NCBI GenBank assembly: GCA_963701635.1
Contig: CAVPAU010000003.1
Span: 228,303-292,302 of the forward strand
DNA from: an uncultured Solirubrobacterales bacterium
GTDB lineage: Bacteria; Actinomycetota; Thermoleophilia; Solirubrobacterales; 70-9
Direction of reading: 5' to 3'
Length of the DNA: 64,000 bases
Both the position numbers and the translations under genes were made by a program. Each line of letters starts with the position of its first letter. Position 1 is the first letter of the stretch. The notes beneath the pieces were generated by a model. That model saw only the letters and a program-made list of their open reading frames with translations. It was not told where the DNA came from and did no database searches. Shown piece by piece: positions 61,535 to 64,000 of the stretch.

Positions 61535-61657
61535 CTGGTCTCCGGGGAAGGGTTTGAGGACGGCTGGGGATCGCCTGCCCGAGACTATCTGTCCGTTCCC
61601 CGGCTCGCGTAAACAGAATGCCTCCGCGCCCGCGCGGGTCAGCCTCCATGACGAACG

Positions 61658-61730
61658 CCGGGGCGGCGGGCGGGTGGGGTTCGCGCCTACCCCGCCAACC
61701 CATACTCACCCCACCCGCCCGCCGCCCCGG
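61658..61730 (-). repeat. GC-clamp hairpin repeat, copy 3 (perfect 23-bp stem; loop identical to copy 2 but in the opposite orientation)
   Basis: Plus strand: CCGGGGCGGCGGGCGGGTGGGGT / TCGCGCCTACCCCGCCAACCCATACTC / ACCCCACCCGCCCGCCGCCCCGG. Confidence 0.9.
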
Positions 61731-61856
61731 TCGCTGGTGCCGTGTCGCGGTCGGTGCTCCCGGTCGTGGTCGCAGATCCCGTGGATCTGGGAACACGTTG
61801 CGCATCAAGCGAAGACGTCCTCGAGGGATGGGGCCGCAGTCATCGATGTCCGACGA

Positions 61857-61889
61857 CCGGACGAGCGGAGGAGCCCTCCGCTCGTCCGG
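61857..61889 (-). terminator. Perfect 15-bp stem / 3-nt loop hairpin between repeat copies 3 and 4, downstream of lysS
   Basis: CCGGACGAGCGGAGG-agc-CCTCCGCTCGTCCGG. No U-tract. Confidence 0.4.
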
Positions 61890-61909
61890 TGACCGGTAGC
61901 CGGACCGTG

Positions 61910-61979
61910 ACGGGGGTGGAGGGGGCGGGTGAATACGGGTTGGCGGGGTAGGCGTGAACCCGCCCCCTCCACCCCCCGT
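61910..61979 (+). repeat. GC-clamp hairpin repeat, copy 4 (21-bp stem with one bulged C, 27-nt loop)
   Basis: ACGGGGGTGGAGGGGGCGGGT / GAATACGGGTTGGCGGGGTAGGCGTGA / ACCCGCCCCCTCCACCCCCCGT. Confidence 0.88.
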
Positions 61980-62019
61980 CCCCGCAGACGTTAGGGCGAC
62001 GGCTCGGCCGGCCGGTGGG

Positions 62020-63537
62020 TCAGTCGCGCATTGCGGGAAAGAGGACCACTTCGCGCAGCGAGGCGGTGCCGGTGAGCATCATCACGAGGCGGTCGATGCC
62101 GAGGCCGACGCCGCCGGTCGGAGGCATTCCCTGCTCGAGCGCCTCGATGAAGCTCTCGTCGAAAGGCTGGGCTTCTTCATCTCCGCGGGCGACCTCGCCG
62201 GCCTGCTGTTCGAAGCGGCGGCGCTGCTCGTCCGGGTCGTTGAGCTCGGTGAAGGAGTTGGCGATCTCGACGCCGCCGACGAAGGCCTCCCAGCGTTCCA
62301 CGACACCCGGCTTCGAGCGATGCGCCTTGGCGAACGGGGAAAGCTCCCCGGGGTAGTCGAGGATGAAAGTCGGCTCGATCAGCTGCGGTTCGACGCGCTT
62401 CGAGAAGAGCGTGTCCACGAGCTTGCCCCAGCCGGTCGCTTCGTCGAGCTCAACGCCCATCGCCGCCGCCAGCGACTCGCGCGTCGTCTCCTTCTCGATG
62501 TCGATTCCGGACTGGTCGAGAATCGCCTGGCGCAGCGTGATCCGGTGCCACGGCGGGCTCAGGTCGATGGTGCGTCCGTCGCGCTCGATCTCGGCCTTGC
62601 CGAGCACCCGCGTCGCCACCTCGGAGACCAGGTTCTCGAGGTCGGCTGCGGTCTTCTCGTAGTCGGCGTAGGCCTCGTACCACTCGAGCATCGTGAACTC
62701 GGGGTTGTGCTTCATCGAGATGCCTTCGTTGCGGAAGTCCTTGCCGAGCTCGTAGACGCGGTCGATGCCGCCGACCACGCAGCGCTTCAGGTACAGCTCG
62801 GTCGCGATGCGCAGGTAGAGCTTGCGGTCGAGCGCGTTGTGGTGGGTCGTGAACGGACGGGCCAGCGCGCCGCCGTAGAGCGGCTGGAGCACGGGCGTCT
62901 CGACCTCGAAGAAGGAATGCTCATCCAGCCACCGGCGGACCTCGGAGATGGTCCGGGCCCGGATGCGGAAGATCTCACGACTCTCTTCGTTGGCGATCAG
63001 GTCGAGCTCACGGCGGCGGTAGCGGGTCTCGGTGTCCTCGAGGCCGTGGAACTTGTCGGGGAGCGGCCTCAGCGACTTCGCGAGGACCTGCCACTCGGCG
63101 ACCTCGAGCGAGAGCTGGCCGCGCCGGGTGACGATCGCGCGGCCGGTGACCCCGATGAAGTCGCCGAGGTCGATGTCGTCGAGCAGCGCGAAGGCCGACT
63201 CTCCGAGCACGTCGGCCCTGGCGTGCAGCTGGATCTGGCCGGTCGAGTCGCGAAGGTCGATGAAGGCGGCCTTGCCGTGGCCGCGGCGACCGATGATGCG
63301 CCCGGCGACGCGGTGGACCGCATCGGTCTCCTCACCCGCCTCGAGCCCGGAATGGGCTTCGAGCACGGTTGCGATCTCTTCCCGGCCTTCGAAGCCGTGG
63401 GGAAACGGTTCGATGCCGGCCGAGCGCAGCCGGTCCAGCTTCTGGCGCCGTTCAGCGAGCAGGCCCGCGGCCTCGGCCTTCGCCCCGTTGCGGTCGCCGG
63501 CTGCGTCGGTCCCGGCGGCGTCCTCGGACTGGCTCAT
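62020..63537 (-). CDS. lysS: Lysine--tRNA ligase (class II)
   Basis: OB anticodon-binding domain plus class-II motifs (FRNEGIS.. motif 2; GGVGLGIDRLVMMLTG motif 3). Confidence 0.94.
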   Translation of the reverse strand: MSQSEDAAGTDAAGDRNGAKAEAAGLLAERRQKLDRLRSAGIEPFPHGFEGREEIATVLEAHSGLEAGEETDAVHRVAGRIIGRRGHGKAAFIDLRDSTGQIQLHARADVLGESAFALLDDIDLGDFIGVTGRAIVTRRGQLSLEVAEWQVLAKSLRPLPDKFHGLEDTETRYRRRELDLIANEESREIFRIRARTISEVRRWLDEHSFFEVETPVLQPLYGGALARPFTTHHNALDRKLYLRIATELYLKRCVVGGIDRVYELGKDFRNEGISMKHNPEFTMLEWYEAYADYEKTAADLENLVSEVATRVLGKAEIERDGRTIDLSPPWHRITLRQAILDQSGIDIEKETTRESLAAAMGVELDEATGWGKLVDTLFSKRVEPQLIEPTFILDYPGELSPFAKAHRSKPGVVERWEAFVGGVEIANSFTELNDPDEQRRRFEQQAGEVARGDEEAQPFDESFIEALEQGMPPTGGVGLGIDRLVMMLTGTASLREVVLFPAMRD

Positions 63538-63556
63538 GGCACCGGCCGCCCTCCGG

Positions 63557-64000
63557 TCAGGCCGCTTCGATCTTCGTGATCTTGAACTGCTTCTCGGGCC
63601 CGCGCGGGGACGGGATCTTGACGATCTGGTTGACCTTGCCGCCGATCAGGGCGGAGCCGATCGGGGATTCGCTGGAGAGCTTGCCGCCGGCCAGGTCGGC
63701 CTCGGTCGAACCGACGATCTGGAACTTGCGCGACGTGCCCGATTCCTGGTCCTTGATGTGGACGATCGAGCCGAAGGCGACCTCGCCGGTGTCGGTCGAG
63801 ATCTCCTCGACCACGGTCGAGCGGCGCAGACGCTCCTCGAGCTGGGCGATCTGCTGCTCGAGCTGAGCCTGCTCGTTCTTGGCGTCGTCGTATTCGGCGT
63901 TCTCGGTGATGTCGCCGAAGTCCCGGGCCTCACGGATGCGCTCGGACACCTCGCGGCGGCGGACCGTCGAGAGGTACTCGATCTCCTCTTCGAGCTGCTT
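63557..64000 (-). CDS. greA: Transcription elongation factor GreA (N-terminus runs off the window)
   Basis: REARDFGDITENAEYDDAK and the C-terminal ..SSESPIGSALIGGKV.. motifs. The reading frame stays open to base 64000. Confidence 0.9.
   Translation of the reverse strand, partial: KQLEEEIEYLSTVRRREVSERIREARDFGDITENAEYDDAKNEQAQLEQQIAQLEERLRRSTVVEEISTDTGEVAFGSIVHIKDQESGTSRKFQIVGSTEADLAGGKLSSESPIGSALIGGKVNQIVKIPSPRGPEKQFKITKIEAA

Overview
This is a GC-rich (by eye about 70% G+C) bacterial chromosomal window, densely coding on both strands and dominated by housekeeping genes. The gene families suggest a high-GC Gram-positive lineage such as Actinomycetota (Thermoleophilia/Rubrobacteria-like). That placement is inference only.

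Gene content, left to right:
- An AddAB-like helicase-nuclease pair, then xseB-xseA.
- An HxlR regulator, a MarP-like CvpA/trypsin membrane protease and a class-B PBP-like transpeptidase.
- A lipoprotein, an SRPBCC protein and an orphan ParA.
- thrB, split from lysA-hom-thrC by an opposite-strand ABC-2 exporter.
- A cell-wall-binding-repeat protein, an MBL hydrolase, an oxidoreductase and a PotD-like binding protein.
- A hydrolase, an LLM oxidoreductase, a thiolase, 3-hydroxyacyl-CoA dehydrogenase and pterin dehydratase.
- A rhomboid protease and an ECF sigma factor with a small membrane partner.
- A PlsC-GpsA fusion ORF, a QueG/RdhA-like Fe-S protein, and fdhD with a YdeP-type molybdoenzyme.
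- A GST-like protein, a frameshifted sirtuin, a MOSC protein, a frameshifted secreted beta-helix protein and tRNA-Thr(TGT).
- A Firmicutes-like block on the minus strand: clpC, radA, disA, carD, ispD, ispF, cysS, rlmB, sigH. It is interrupted by pepF, two membrane proteins, a PHP phosphatase, an acyl-CoA synthetase and a coiled-coil protein.
- A frameshifted transaldolase, lysS and partial greA.

I found no rRNA, CRISPR array, transposase, integrase, prophage or recognisable defence system.

The most unusual non-genic signal is a family of four ~70-nt hairpin repeats in two intergenic regions. They have 21-23 bp G/C stems around a conserved 27-nt G-rich loop, the stems covary, and each copy contains a canonical G-quadruplex motif.

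Other points:
- Three independent single-site frameshifts (sirtuin, beta-helix protein, transaldolase), which may be assembly indels or true pseudogenes.
- The PlsC-GpsA fusion.
- A Bacillus-type SigH orthologue with a consensus promoter.
- Several long perfect palindromes that may act as terminators.

All family assignments come from motif recognition by eye. No database search was run.
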